The position numbers and the translations under genes were made by a program. Positions 7,286 to 14,847 of a stretch of DNA of 38,275 nucleotides are shown here, one piece after another; positions within the stretch are counted from its first letter, which is position 1; every line of letters starts with the position of its first letter. Location of the stretch: positions 1 through 38,275 of IMG/VR virus record IMGVR_UViG_3300022719_000349. The stretch is one strand, 5' to 3'. The stretch comes from a virus (taxonomy: Duplodnaviria > Caudoviricetes). Under the pieces are notes generated by a model. It was given only the letters and a program-made list of their open reading frames with translations, was not told the origin of the DNA and did not search any database.

Positions 7286-7585
7286 ATGAAGATCAAGGAC
7301 ATCAACGGCGAGGTGCTCTACACGAGCGAGACCGCCGAGTCGATGCGCGAGGCGGTCGAGGAGGCGGTGAGGGCGGATGTTGCCCTGCTCTATGCCGACC
7401 TGTACGGTGCTCGGTTGAACCGCGCCGACCTGCGGGGGGCCGACCTGCGCTACGCTGATCTGCGTGGGGCCGACCTGTCCGGAGCCGACCTGACCGACGC
7501 CGACCTGCGCCGCGCGGAGCTTCACGAGGCGCTGCTGACGCACGCGATCCTGACCGACGCCGACTTCCGAGACACGGAGTTTTGA
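7286..7585 (+). CDS. Pentapeptide repeat protein
   Basis: Tandem A(D/N/E)Lxx units ([40 protein letters not shown]). Confidence 0.9.
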   Translation: MKIKDINGEVLYTSETAESMREAVEEAVRADVALLYADLYGARLNRADLRGADLRYADLRGADLSGADLTDADLRRAELHEALLTHAILTDADFRDTEF

Positions 7586-7587
7586 CG

Positions 7588-7815
7588 ATGAACTACGACG
7601 AGAAGACCGCGTGGGAGATCACCCGGCTGCTCGTCTGGGACCGAAGCTTCCTGCACCACATTCGGCTGTACCTCAACGAGGAGGAGTCCATCAGGGAGTA
7701 CGGGAGCTTCCCGGGCGAGTGGCGTTTCAAGGCCAGGGAGCGCGCCGTGGATCTTCTCACGGGCCGCGCGGAGCAACGACCTGTCGATTCACCCGAGGAG
7801 AAAAGCGATGCGTAA
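7588..7815 (+). CDS. Hypothetical protein
   Basis: Starts MNYDEK after GGAG; tightly packed in the operon. Confidence 0.65.
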   Translation: MNYDEKTAWEITRLLVWDRSFLHHIRLYLNEEESIREYGSFPGEWRFKARERAVDLLTGRAEQRPVDSPEEKSDA

Positions 7816-8038
7816 ACATGTCCCCAACGATCCCGAGTGCGGTTGCATCGCGTGCATCGGCACGGAGGAAGACATCCTGACGGACCGGCTGAGGGCAGCG
7901 CTCGAACTGCTCGCAGCGTGCGAGTCGTTCATGAGCGGAACTATGATCCGCCGACGCTCAGGGCTTTCTTTGCAGGAGGAGGTGCGGGGCTTCCTACTTG
8001 ACCATCGCGAGTACTTCGAGGAGGCCACCGATGCGTAG
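7808..8038 (+). CDS. Hypothetical protein with CGCIAC motif
   Basis: 76 aa, GAGGAG RBS. Confidence 0.65.
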   Translation: MRKHVPNDPECGCIACIGTEEDILTDRLRAALELLAACESFMSGTMIRRRSGLSLQEEVRGFLLDHREYFEEATDA

Positions 8039-8180
8039 AGACGATGCCGTCCGCTCACTCGTGGAGCGCACGCCCGACGAGCTGGCGGACCCGGCCGAGG
8101 GTCGGGGCGCGATCCTGTGGCCGTTGCTCGGGACGCTGCTCGCGGGCCTCGCGATCCTGCTGCTGGGGCTGCTCGGATGA
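8031..8180 (+). CDS. Small membrane protein
   Basis: C-terminal hydrophobic helix ILWPLLGTLLAGLAILLLGLLG; GGAGG RBS. Confidence 0.6.
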   Translation: MRRDDAVRSLVERTPDELADPAEGRGAILWPLLGTLLAGLAILLLGLLG

Positions 8181-8362
8181 ACCCCACCATCCACCCCGAG
8201 CCGAGAGGCGTCCAGGTCCGCATCGACGATCCCGACGTGTACGTCGTCTCCACGGGCAGGAGCGCCGCGATGCTGTTGGAGATCAACGGCCGGACGTTCC
8301 TGCTCGAAGCGGTGACGGACGAGGACCGCCGCCGCCTGCGCGCGATGCTGGAGGCGGAGTGA
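8177..8362 (+). CDS. Hypothetical protein
   Basis: Starts MNPTIHPEP; ATGA-coupled upstream and TGATG-coupled downstream. Confidence 0.6.
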   Translation: MNPTIHPEPRGVQVRIDDPDVYVVSTGRSAAMLLEINGRTFLLEAVTDEDRRRLRAMLEAE

Positions 8363-8490
8363 TGACGAAAGGCCACTGCCCCGAGTGCGACGGGTGGGGC
8401 TACGTCGTCGGAGTATGCGGAGAGTGTGGCGCGGAGACAAGGACGACGTGTCCCGAGTGCCACGGCACCGGCCGTGCGGAGGAGGAGTGA
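8362..8490 (+). CDS. Mini DnaJ-type zinc-finger protein
   Basis: 42 aa with two CxxCxGxG motifs (CPECDGWG, CPECHGTG) plus CGEC. Confidence 0.6.
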   Translation: MTKGHCPECDGWGYVVGVCGECGAETRTTCPECHGTGRAEEE

Positions 8491-9041
8491 TGACGAATCA
8501 GGAAATCTTCGACACGGTGCTCGCCTTCATCCGCAAGCAGGGCAAGCCGTCCGGGGACGAGGATCAGTGCTACTACCAGCATCCGGACAACCCTGCCATC
8601 GGGTGCGCGATGCGCCCGCTAATCGACATGATCGAAGACCCCGACGCGAGGGAGGAAGCCTTGAGGGAGGTGAGTGTCGAGGTTTTGGTGGAGGAACAAG
8701 ACTTGTCGGGCTCGCCGCTGGCTTACGCCGACCTCGGCTTCCTGGCGGAACTGCAATCCGCCCACGACCTAGCAGCAACGAACGACGATTCCCTCTTCCG
8801 GGAGCGCTTCGAGGAGAACATGCGCGAGGCCGCGGAAAAATACAACCTGCACTACGCCGAGCAGTCGGGGCTGCGTTGTATCGCTCTGGCGGAGCGCGTG
8901 GTGGAAGCGGCGCGGGACGTCGCTTCCTCCGCCGTGGTGTTCGACGACGACCGGATCGCTTGGGTAGAGGCTCAGGTGAACCGTGAGGCCCTGACAGAGC
9001 TTCGCGCCGCGCTCGCCGCGCTGGAGGACAACGATGCATGA
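8490..9041 (+). CDS. Hypothetical protein, probably with a chimeric C-terminus
   Basis: Starts MTNQEIFDTV; has IGCAM and LAELQSAHD segments; carries copy 1 of a 43-bp direct repeat. Confidence 0.7.
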   Translation: MTNQEIFDTVLAFIRKQGKPSGDEDQCYYQHPDNPAIGCAMRPLIDMIEDPDAREEALREVSVEVLVEEQDLSGSPLAYADLGFLAELQSAHDLAATNDDSLFRERFEENMREAAEKYNLHYAEQSGLRCIALAERVVEAARDVASSAVVFDDDRIAWVEAQVNREALTELRAALAALEDNDA

Positions 9042-9132
9042 TCCGGAAAAGGCCGCGCTGATCGCGAGGCTCCAACGGGCAGAAGCGGAAGAACATGCGC
9101 GAGGCCGCGGAAAAATACAACCTGCACTACGC
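8815..9132 (+). repeat. 43-bp perfect direct repeat pair
   Basis: AGAACATGCGCGAGGCCGCGGAAAAATACAACCTGCACTACGC at 8815-8857 and 9090-9132. Confidence 0.95.
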
Positions 9133-9144
9133 GGAGGAGGAGTG

Positions 9145-9408
9145 ATGGCCTACGACGAGCCGGGCAAGCCCCGCCACCGACCCTGCCCCGAGTGCGACGG
9201 CACGGGAGAGTGCTACGAACGCGATCTGCTGTTCTGCCTCGACTGCGACGATTGTCGCGAGCTGGATTGTCCCGAGTGCGAGGGTACGGGCGAAGCCCCC
9301 GAGCTGCTACGGGTGCTCCACGGCCTGACCCCGGGAGGATTGATCGCGAGGCTGCGCGCGGACCTGGCGGACGCCGAGGCTGCGCGCCGCGCTGGAGGAC
9401 ACCCGTGA
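9145..9408 (+). CDS. DnaJ-type zinc-finger protein
   Basis: CPECDGTG and CPECEGTG motifs plus CLDCDDC; GGAGGAGG RBS. The frame is open upstream to an ATG at 9034. Confidence 0.6.
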   Translation: MAYDEPGKPRHRPCPECDGTGECYERDLLFCLDCDDCRELDCPECEGTGEAPELLRVLHGLTPGGLIARLRADLADAEAARRAGGHP

Positions 9409-9749
9409 GTGAAAAAGACCCGTTGGTTGCGTGCGCCCGCCGATTGCGGGACGTGGAGCGCGAGTTGGATGAACTACGGGCCGTAGCCCGGTATCGCGAT
9501 AGCATCGACACCTACCGAGCCTTCCGCGAGAAGCACCCGTACGCCAACGCCATCGATGCCGCCCTCGCCGCCGCCTACGAGCAGGGGCGGGAGGACGAGA
9601 ACAGGGCGTGCGAAGACATCGTGCGTCCGAAACCCGGACCGGAGCCCCTGGACTTCAACATGCACCGTGCTCTACAACGCCAGCGGCGCCGACTTTCCGC
9701 CGCCATCGCCGCGCGGCGCACGGCAGAGGAGGACAACGATGGGCAGTGA
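9405..9749 (+). CDS. Hypothetical protein
   Basis: GTG start overlapping the upstream stop, GGAGG RBS, helical composition. Confidence 0.6.
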   Translation: MSEKDPLVACARRLRDVERELDELRAVARYRDSIDTYRAFREKHPYANAIDAALAAAYEQGREDENRACEDIVRPKPGPEPLDFNMHRALQRQRRRLSAAIAARRTAEEDNDGQ

Positions 9750-9924
9750 GACCCCCACCCCCGGTAGCGCCGAGGCCATCGAGCAGGGCTGCACCTGCCC
9801 CGTGCTCGACAACGCGCACGGCCGCGGCGCGCGTGGGACGTCCGGGCCCGACGCGGTGTTCTGGATGTCGATGGACTGCCCCGTTCACCGGTACGCTCTT
9901 GACTTTCTCGAACAGGAGGGTTAG
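9739..9924 (+). CDS. Small Cys-containing phage protein
   Basis: PGSAEAIEQGCTCPVLDNAHGRG...DCPVH; GGAGG RBS. Confidence 0.7.
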   Translation: MGSETPTPGSAEAIEQGCTCPVLDNAHGRGARGTSGPDAVFWMSMDCPVHRYALDFLEQEG

Positions 9925-9925
9925 T

Positions 9926-10150
9926 ATGCAGGTTGCTCATGTGTGGTTCGTCGAGACGGACGTCCTCGTCCTTCGTGTTGTCGCATCGACTCCCGACGAA
10001 GCGGGCGGCATCGCCAGGAAGTACCTTCTGCACCATCACGGATCGCGGCCCGCGACCGCGCCGAGCCCGGTGGTGGGGCTGCCGGTGGGCAACATCGGGG
10101 CCGTCCGGGTTCTTTCGATCCGACGGGACCAGGCGGTGGTGGTGAAATGA
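9926..10150 (+). CDS. Hypothetical protein
   Basis: GGAGG RBS; ATGA-coupled to the ligase. Confidence 0.6.
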   Translation: MQVAHVWFVETDVLVLRVVASTPDEAGGIARKYLLHHHGSRPATAPSPVVGLPVGNIGAVRVLSIRRDQAVVVK

Positions 10151-11220
10151 AGATCAACTACGAGAGCCCGGTGCTCTACTCGCGCTCGAAGAGCGGCCAA
10201 CTGCGCTTCTGGCAGGTTTCAGCGACAAGCGACGGAAAGGTCAAGTTCTACTACGGGAACTATGGCACTCCCCGCCCGTCGCACCGCTCTTATCGGGCGC
10301 GGCCGACCAACGTCGGGCGCAGCAACAAGCGCACCGCTGCGGAACAGGCCGCGTTCGAGGCTCGTGCGGCCTGTGAGCACAAGCTCGCGCGCAAGTACAG
10401 CCTCACGCAGCAGGGAGCCCAAGAGCAGTTGGATTACCTCCCCATGCTGGCCAAGAGCTTTGTCGAAGGTAACCTCGGGTTCCCTGCGGCCATTCAGCCG
10501 AAACTCGATGGATTCCGCTGCCTCGCACGTTGGGAGGACGGTCAGGTTCTGCTCACGTCGAGACAGGGCAAGGAGTTCGAGCTGCCGCACATCGCCGAAG
10601 CGCTGGAACCCGTCCTGGGGCGCACAGACGTCATCCTCGACGGAGAGCTATACATTCACGGCGAGCCCCTTCAGCGCATCGCTTCGCTCATCCGGCGGCA
10701 TCAGGATGAGACGGAGCGCATCAAGTACTTCCCGTACGACATCGTCAACGGCGACGAGTTCCAGGTACGCTGGGACGCGTTGGAGGCCGTGCTGTCGCCG
10801 CTTGACGACCCCGCGGTGGAGATGTGCCCGACCTACCTTGTCGAATCGGAGGACCAGGCGCGCGAGTGGCAGGGCGTCTTCCTGTCCGAGGGCTTCGAGG
10901 GCGCGGTCCTGCGTTCGCTCACGGGCATCTACCGCCAGGGCCACCGGAGCGGCAGCCTGCTCAAGATGAAGCAGTTCATCGACGAGGAGTTCCTCATCAC
11001 CGGGGTCAAGGAGGGCAAGAACAAGATGGCTGTGCTAACCTGTCACGCGCCCGGGGGCGAGTTCGGTGTCACGTTCGGCTCGCACGAGGAGCGGCGGGAG
11101 CAACTTCGCCGCCCGGAGCTGTTCATCGGCCGCAAGCTGACCGTGCGGTTCTCCGGCTGGACACGAGACAAGAAACCCTTCCACCCGACCGGGGTGGTCA
11201 TTCGAGAGGACTGGGACTAG
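10147..11220 (+). CDS. ATP-dependent DNA ligase
   Basis: PMLAK, QPKLDGFRC (motif I), LDGELY, PYDIV, EGAVLR, LLKMK and a C-terminal OB-like segment GRKLTVRF...PFHP; N-terminal extension of about 95 aa. Confidence 0.93.
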   Translation: MKINYESPVLYSRSKSGQLRFWQVSATSDGKVKFYYGNYGTPRPSHRSYRARPTNVGRSNKRTAAEQAAFEARAACEHKLARKYSLTQQGAQEQLDYLPMLAKSFVEGNLGFPAAIQPKLDGFRCLARWEDGQVLLTSRQGKEFELPHIAEALEPVLGRTDVILDGELYIHGEPLQRIASLIRRHQDETERIKYFPYDIVNGDEFQVRWDALEAVLSPLDDPAVEMCPTYLVESEDQAREWQGVFLSEGFEGAVLRSLTGIYRQGHRSGSLLKMKQFIDEEFLITGVKEGKNKMAVLTCHAPGGEFGVTFGSHEERREQLRRPELFIGRKLTVRFSGWTRDKKPFHPTGVVIREDWD

Positions 11221-12048
11221 GTGTGGCTGATCCCCGACCGACTATTCTCTCTCTCTTCAGCGGAATCGGAGGGCTGGAAATGGGCCTCGCCCGTGCCCTC
11301 GGAGGAGCGCGTCTTCTGGGCTGTTGTGAGCGGGACGCCTTCGCCGCGTCCGTCCTCCTGGCACGCATGGAGGAGGAGACCATGGAGTCGGCTCCTGTTT
11401 GGTGCGGCAGCCTTGAAGACGCTGACTTCGGTGCCTTCGAGGGCCGCGTCGATTGGATCGCCGCCGGATTCCCCTGCCAGCCGTGGAGTGCGGCCGGGAA
11501 GCGCAAAGGTACCGAGGACGACCGCTGGCTCTGGCCCGCCCTTGAGCGCGTGCTTCGGGCGGTTCGACCGCGAGGGGTCTTTCTGGAAAATGTCCCCCAA
11601 CTCGCCCGAGGAGGACTCGGGTACGTGCTCCGCGATCTTTCCCTACTCGGGTTCGATGCGGAGTGGGCGACTGTTTCAGCAGCCGAAGTCGGCGCGCCGC
11701 ACCTCCGGAAGCGACTCTTCGTGCTGGCCCACCGCACAGGCGCACGACGTGCATGCGCCGAAGACTCCGGAGCAGATTTCGCGGATGCGGGCACGGGGAT
11801 ACGGAGTCACGAACCTGACCGACAGGGCGACGATGTGGTCAACGCCGACGGCGAGGGACTACAAGGACGGGGCCTCGACGCCGGATCAGTGGGGGACGAA
11901 AGGCGTCAACTCCCTGCTTGGCCGCCTGGTCCTGACGACGCCGAAGGCTGGGCCCGAGTCCTCGAAACCCGACCCGACCTCGCACCGGCTCTCCCCCCGG
12001 TTCGTGGAGTGGCTGATGGGGTTCATGGAGGACTGGACGCTGCCATGA
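11221..12048 (+). CDS. Overlapping +1-frame ORF: putative beta chain of the C5 methyltransferase (TRD-like region and motif IX)
   Basis: 275-codon stop-free frame with WPTAQAHD and WSTPTARDYKD segments and RLSPRFVEWLMGF..DWT (motif IX-like). The real start could be internal, e.g. ATG at 11656. Confidence 0.7.
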   Translation: MWLIPDRLFSLSSAESEGWKWASPVPSEERVFWAVVSGTPSPRPSSWHAWRRRPWSRLLFGAAALKTLTSVPSRAASIGSPPDSPASRGVRPGSAKVPRTTAGSGPPLSACFGRFDREGSFWKMSPNSPEEDSGTCSAIFPYSGSMRSGRLFQQPKSARRTSGSDSSCWPTAQAHDVHAPKTPEQISRMRARGYGVTNLTDRATMWSTPTARDYKDGASTPDQWGTKGVNSLLGRLVLTTPKAGPESSKPDPTSHRLSPRFVEWLMGFMEDWTLP

Positions 12049-12143
12049 CGAATCGCACCGACCGCCTGCGCAGCCTCGGCAACGCTGTCGTACCCGCCCA
12101 AGCCGAGTACGCCTTCCGACTTCTTGCAAGGAGAATCACATGA
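11223..12143 (+). CDS. DNA (cytosine-5) methyltransferase, main (alpha-type) chain
   Basis: Motifs I FSGIGG, IV GFPCQ, VI ENV, VIII PHLRKRLF and X RLRSLGNAVVP; motif IX not evident in this frame. Confidence 0.9.
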   Translation: MADPRPTILSLFSGIGGLEMGLARALGGARLLGCCERDAFAASVLLARMEEETMESAPVWCGSLEDADFGAFEGRVDWIAAGFPCQPWSAAGKRKGTEDDRWLWPALERVLRAVRPRGVFLENVPQLARGGLGYVLRDLSLLGFDAEWATVSAAEVGAPHLRKRLFVLAHRTGARRACAEDSGADFADAGTGIRSHEPDRQGDDVVNADGEGLQGRGLDAGSVGDERRQLPAWPPGPDDAEGWARVLETRPDLAPALPPVRGVADGVHGGLDAAMTNRTDRLRSLGNAVVPAQAEYAFRLLARRIT

Positions 12144-12787
12144 GATACCACAAGATCTACGGACCCTTCAAGCGCGACGACCAGGGCATCCTGATGACGC
12201 ACGTCTGGCACCGGCCGGAGTTCGGAGCGCTCCTCGACGTGCCGATCTGGAACGCAACGGAGAAGCTGGACGGCATGAACATCCGTGTGATCTGGGACGG
12301 GCGCGATGTCACCTTCGCGGGCAAGTCGGACCACGCGAACCTGCCGCCCGCCCTCGTGAAGGTGCTTGTAGACACCTTCCCCCCGTACCGACTGGCTGCG
12401 ACGTTCGACGATATCCCGGCCACCCTGTACGGCGAAGGCTACGGGGGCAAGATCCAGCGCGGTGGTCGCTACCGCCCTGATCCGAGTTTTGCGCTGTTCG
12501 ACGTGCGCGCCGGAGGCTTGTGGCTGCGTCGTGCTGCCGTGGCGCAGATCGCGGCGGACCTGGATGCAGCGGTGGTTCCCACGACATACGCCTACCGCAC
12601 GCTCCGCTGGCTCATCGAGCGCGCCAGCGATGGCATGAAGAGCCTGTTCGGGGACACCCCCTCCGAAGGGCTCGTCGCGCGAACGGAACTGGAGCTCCGC
12701 GACCGGCGCGGGGACCGGATCATCTGCAAGCTTCGCACCCGCGACATGGGCAGCTCTGCCGTGCGGGCGTGGTTGGGTCGCCTATGA
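12140..12787 (+). CDS. RNA ligase family nucleotidyltransferase, paralog 2
   Basis: EKLDG, LYGEGYG, FALFDV, EGLV and CKLR; colinear similarity to 4967-5614; AAGGAG RBS. Confidence 0.85.
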   Translation: MRYHKIYGPFKRDDQGILMTHVWHRPEFGALLDVPIWNATEKLDGMNIRVIWDGRDVTFAGKSDHANLPPALVKVLVDTFPPYRLAATFDDIPATLYGEGYGGKIQRGGRYRPDPSFALFDVRAGGLWLRRAAVAQIAADLDAAVVPTTYAYRTLRWLIERASDGMKSLFGDTPSEGLVARTELELRDRRGDRIICKLRTRDMGSSAVRAWLGRL

Positions 12788-13053
12788 GCTGGTACGATAT
12801 GATCATGGCCTTGCCCGACCCCGACGAGCGCATCCTCGAAGGGGAGGAAGACGAGCACGCGCGGTGCGTGGCGCTCCAGATGGAGTTCGACAGCCCGTCA
12901 GACGCGCTGAAGGTGTTGTCGGATGCCGAGAGGCAGCGGCTGCTCGGACTGCGCCGCGCGGAGCTGAACTGGCGCCTCGGGATGGGCAGGGCCATGCGCA
13001 AGGAGGTAGAGGAGGCCCAATGCCGCAGAGAAAGTACAAGATCAAGCGAGTAG
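12784..13053 (+). CDS. Hypothetical protein
   Basis: Starts MSWYDMI; ATGA-coupled. Confidence 0.55.
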   Translation: MSWYDMIMALPDPDERILEGEEDEHARCVALQMEFDSPSDALKVLSDAERQRLLGLRRAELNWRLGMGRAMRKEVEEAQCRRESTRSSE

Positions 13054-13391
13054 CCCCCGGGCTCTACGACGTTCTCGCCAACGACGGCCCGCGCACAAGG
13101 TATTCCAAGGTCGCCGAGGTCGCGAAGGACGGGACGAAGTGGTTGCTCGGGGGCGAAAGCTTCCGCACGAAGAAGGAGGCCTACGAGCAGGCCATCATCG
13201 ACCGCGAGGCCTCCCTGTGGCCCTCTGACGCCGCCTTCCAAGAGGGGCAGGAGCTGCGCCACAACGAGATAGGGAGCACCGGCAGGTGCGTAGGCGTCTG
13301 CGTCCGCGGGGGCCAGTACCCGTACACGGTCAAGGTGGCGGACAAGAGCTTCATCAACGGACGCGCCGAGGCATTCTCGGAGGTGCAATGA
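13020..13391 (+). CDS. Hypothetical protein
   Basis: Starts MPQRKYKIK after a GGAGG RBS. Confidence 0.7.
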   Translation: MPQRKYKIKRVAPGLYDVLANDGPRTRYSKVAEVAKDGTKWLLGGESFRTKKEAYEQAIIDREASLWPSDAAFQEGQELRHNEIGSTGRCVGVCVRGGQYPYTVKVADKSFINGRAEAFSEVQ

Positions 13392-13669
13392 CGCGCATAT
13401 ATCGCAAGCTGGCTGCGCGCGATCCTGCGACCGGCCGCGCACGCGACCCCGATGCCAAGGTGCTCACCCCGGAAGGGCCCTACTACTCGAAGCCGTATGG
13501 CGTCTGGCCGTTCCGCAGGCGGCGCATGTGGACGGGCGGCGCAGTCGTCGCCACGGTGTTCGGGCTCCGCATCGTTTCTCCGGAACCGATGTGGGCATCG
13601 AGCTCGATCCCGGACCGCAAGTACCACAGGATGAGGGCACTATGCTCGGCTGCGCCGCGGTCGCGCTGA
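13388..13669 (+). CDS. Hypothetical protein
   Basis: Starts MTRIYRK after GGAGGT; ATGA-coupled. Confidence 0.6.
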   Translation: MTRIYRKLAARDPATGRARDPDAKVLTPEGPYYSKPYGVWPFRRRRMWTGGAVVATVFGLRIVSPEPMWASSSIPDRKYHRMRALCSAAPRSR

Positions 13670-14115
13670 CCGTCGCCGGGGTGTACGCCCTGATCCGTTC
13701 GAAGCCGTGGGGCTTCCTGGCGTTCTTGCCGGTGAACGCCCTGACCGCGTATCAAGCCTACCAGAGCGGGCTCTGGGCGATCAGCGTTGCGCAGGTGCTG
13801 TTGTTCAGCATGGGCGCCTACGGGTGGTGGGCGTGGTGGATGGCCGCTCAGGAGGAGCCTGAGCCCCGCTCCGACGGCTTCTGCTGTCCCGTGCGCGCGA
13901 AGTACGTTTGCGGGATCGTCGGGACGCGCTCTGACCAGCCCGCGCCCGTTGAGCTGGTAAATTACATCTCCGACTGGCACCCGAACGAAGATCGAATCGC
14001 GCAAGCGCGCTGTGGGCCCGAGCCGATCCCGACGCAGTATGGCCCTGAGGGCGCACCAATCACGATCTCGTTTTGGTACTGCCCATTCTGCGGCGCTCGC
14101 ACTCCCGTTGAATGA
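13642..14115 (+). CDS. PnuC-like small membrane protein with a C-terminal Cys-rich domain
   Basis: Three hydrophobic helices with KPWGF..N and YGWWAW pattern, then FCCP...YCPFCG. Confidence 0.55.
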   Translation: MLGCAAVALTVAGVYALIRSKPWGFLAFLPVNALTAYQAYQSGLWAISVAQVLLFSMGAYGWWAWWMAAQEEPEPRSDGFCCPVRAKYVCGIVGTRSDQPAPVELVNYISDWHPNEDRIAQARCGPEPIPTQYGPEGAPITISFWYCPFCGARTPVE

Positions 14116-14154
14116 CGCTCGCGCCAGCTTGTGGTACTCTGGCTACATCTAGCC

Positions 14155-14847
14155 ATGATTCCCGCTGCGACGCCTCCCGATCAGGAATGGTCCTCGGTAG
14201 ACGACGAGCGCGAACGGGCCGACATCATCCACCGCCTGTTCGGCAGCGGCCGCCAAGCTGCCATCAATCGCTTCCGGGATGCGCAGGCCCTTCAGCCGCT
14301 GCCGGGGGCGCGGGTGATGACGGACGACGTAGAGCGGCGCCACCTGTTCCTCTGTGAGGTCGGGACCAAGCTCACCGCCAAAGGCACGGAGTGGACGGTG
14401 AAATGGCTCTGGCGCGTCTACCGCATCTCCCGCAATGCCGCCCGGATGATCGTTTCCGAGGCGCGCAGAGAGCTCGCCGACCAGCACCGGGGCACCGTGC
14501 AGGAGCTCCGGGGGCTCGCGAGCGCCCGGCTGGAGGATGCCCTTCGGCGCGCGCGCCTCGCCTGCGACATCAACGAAGAAATCAAGATATTGAAGGAGTG
14601 GATGCGCTTGCACGGCCTCTATGCTGCCGAGGACCAGGGCGCACTCGACATCGCCGCCATCATCCGCAAGATCAGCGCCTCCGAGGGCCCGAACAAGGTG
14701 TCCGCAGGCCCCGTCATGGAAGCCGAGTACGAGTTGCTCGACAGCGGCGGCAGCAAGGAGGAGAGCTGGAGTCTGCCCGCCAATTGGGAGCCGGTCATCG
14801 ACGCCGAGGAGCGCGCCGACGAGGAGGATCTGGACTATGAGGGTTGA
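14155..14847 (+). CDS. Probable terminase small subunit
   Basis: Directly upstream of and overlapping the large terminase gene; helical core and acidic tail. Positional call; start may be 14131. Confidence 0.55.
   Translation: MIPAATPPDQEWSSVDDERERADIIHRLFGSGRQAAINRFRDAQALQPLPGARVMTDDVERRHLFLCEVGTKLTAKGTEWTVKWLWRVYRISRNAARMIVSEARRELADQHRGTVQELRGLASARLEDALRRARLACDINEEIKILKEWMRLHGLYAAEDQGALDIAAIIRKISASEGPNKVSAGPVMEAEYELLDSGGSKEESWSLPANWEPVIDAEERADEEDLDYEG

Noticed and set aside
7380-7570. 15-bp periodic GCCGACCTG repeats as a CRISPR or DNA repeat array
   Set aside because: Fully explained by pentapeptide protein repeats; no repeat-spacer structure.
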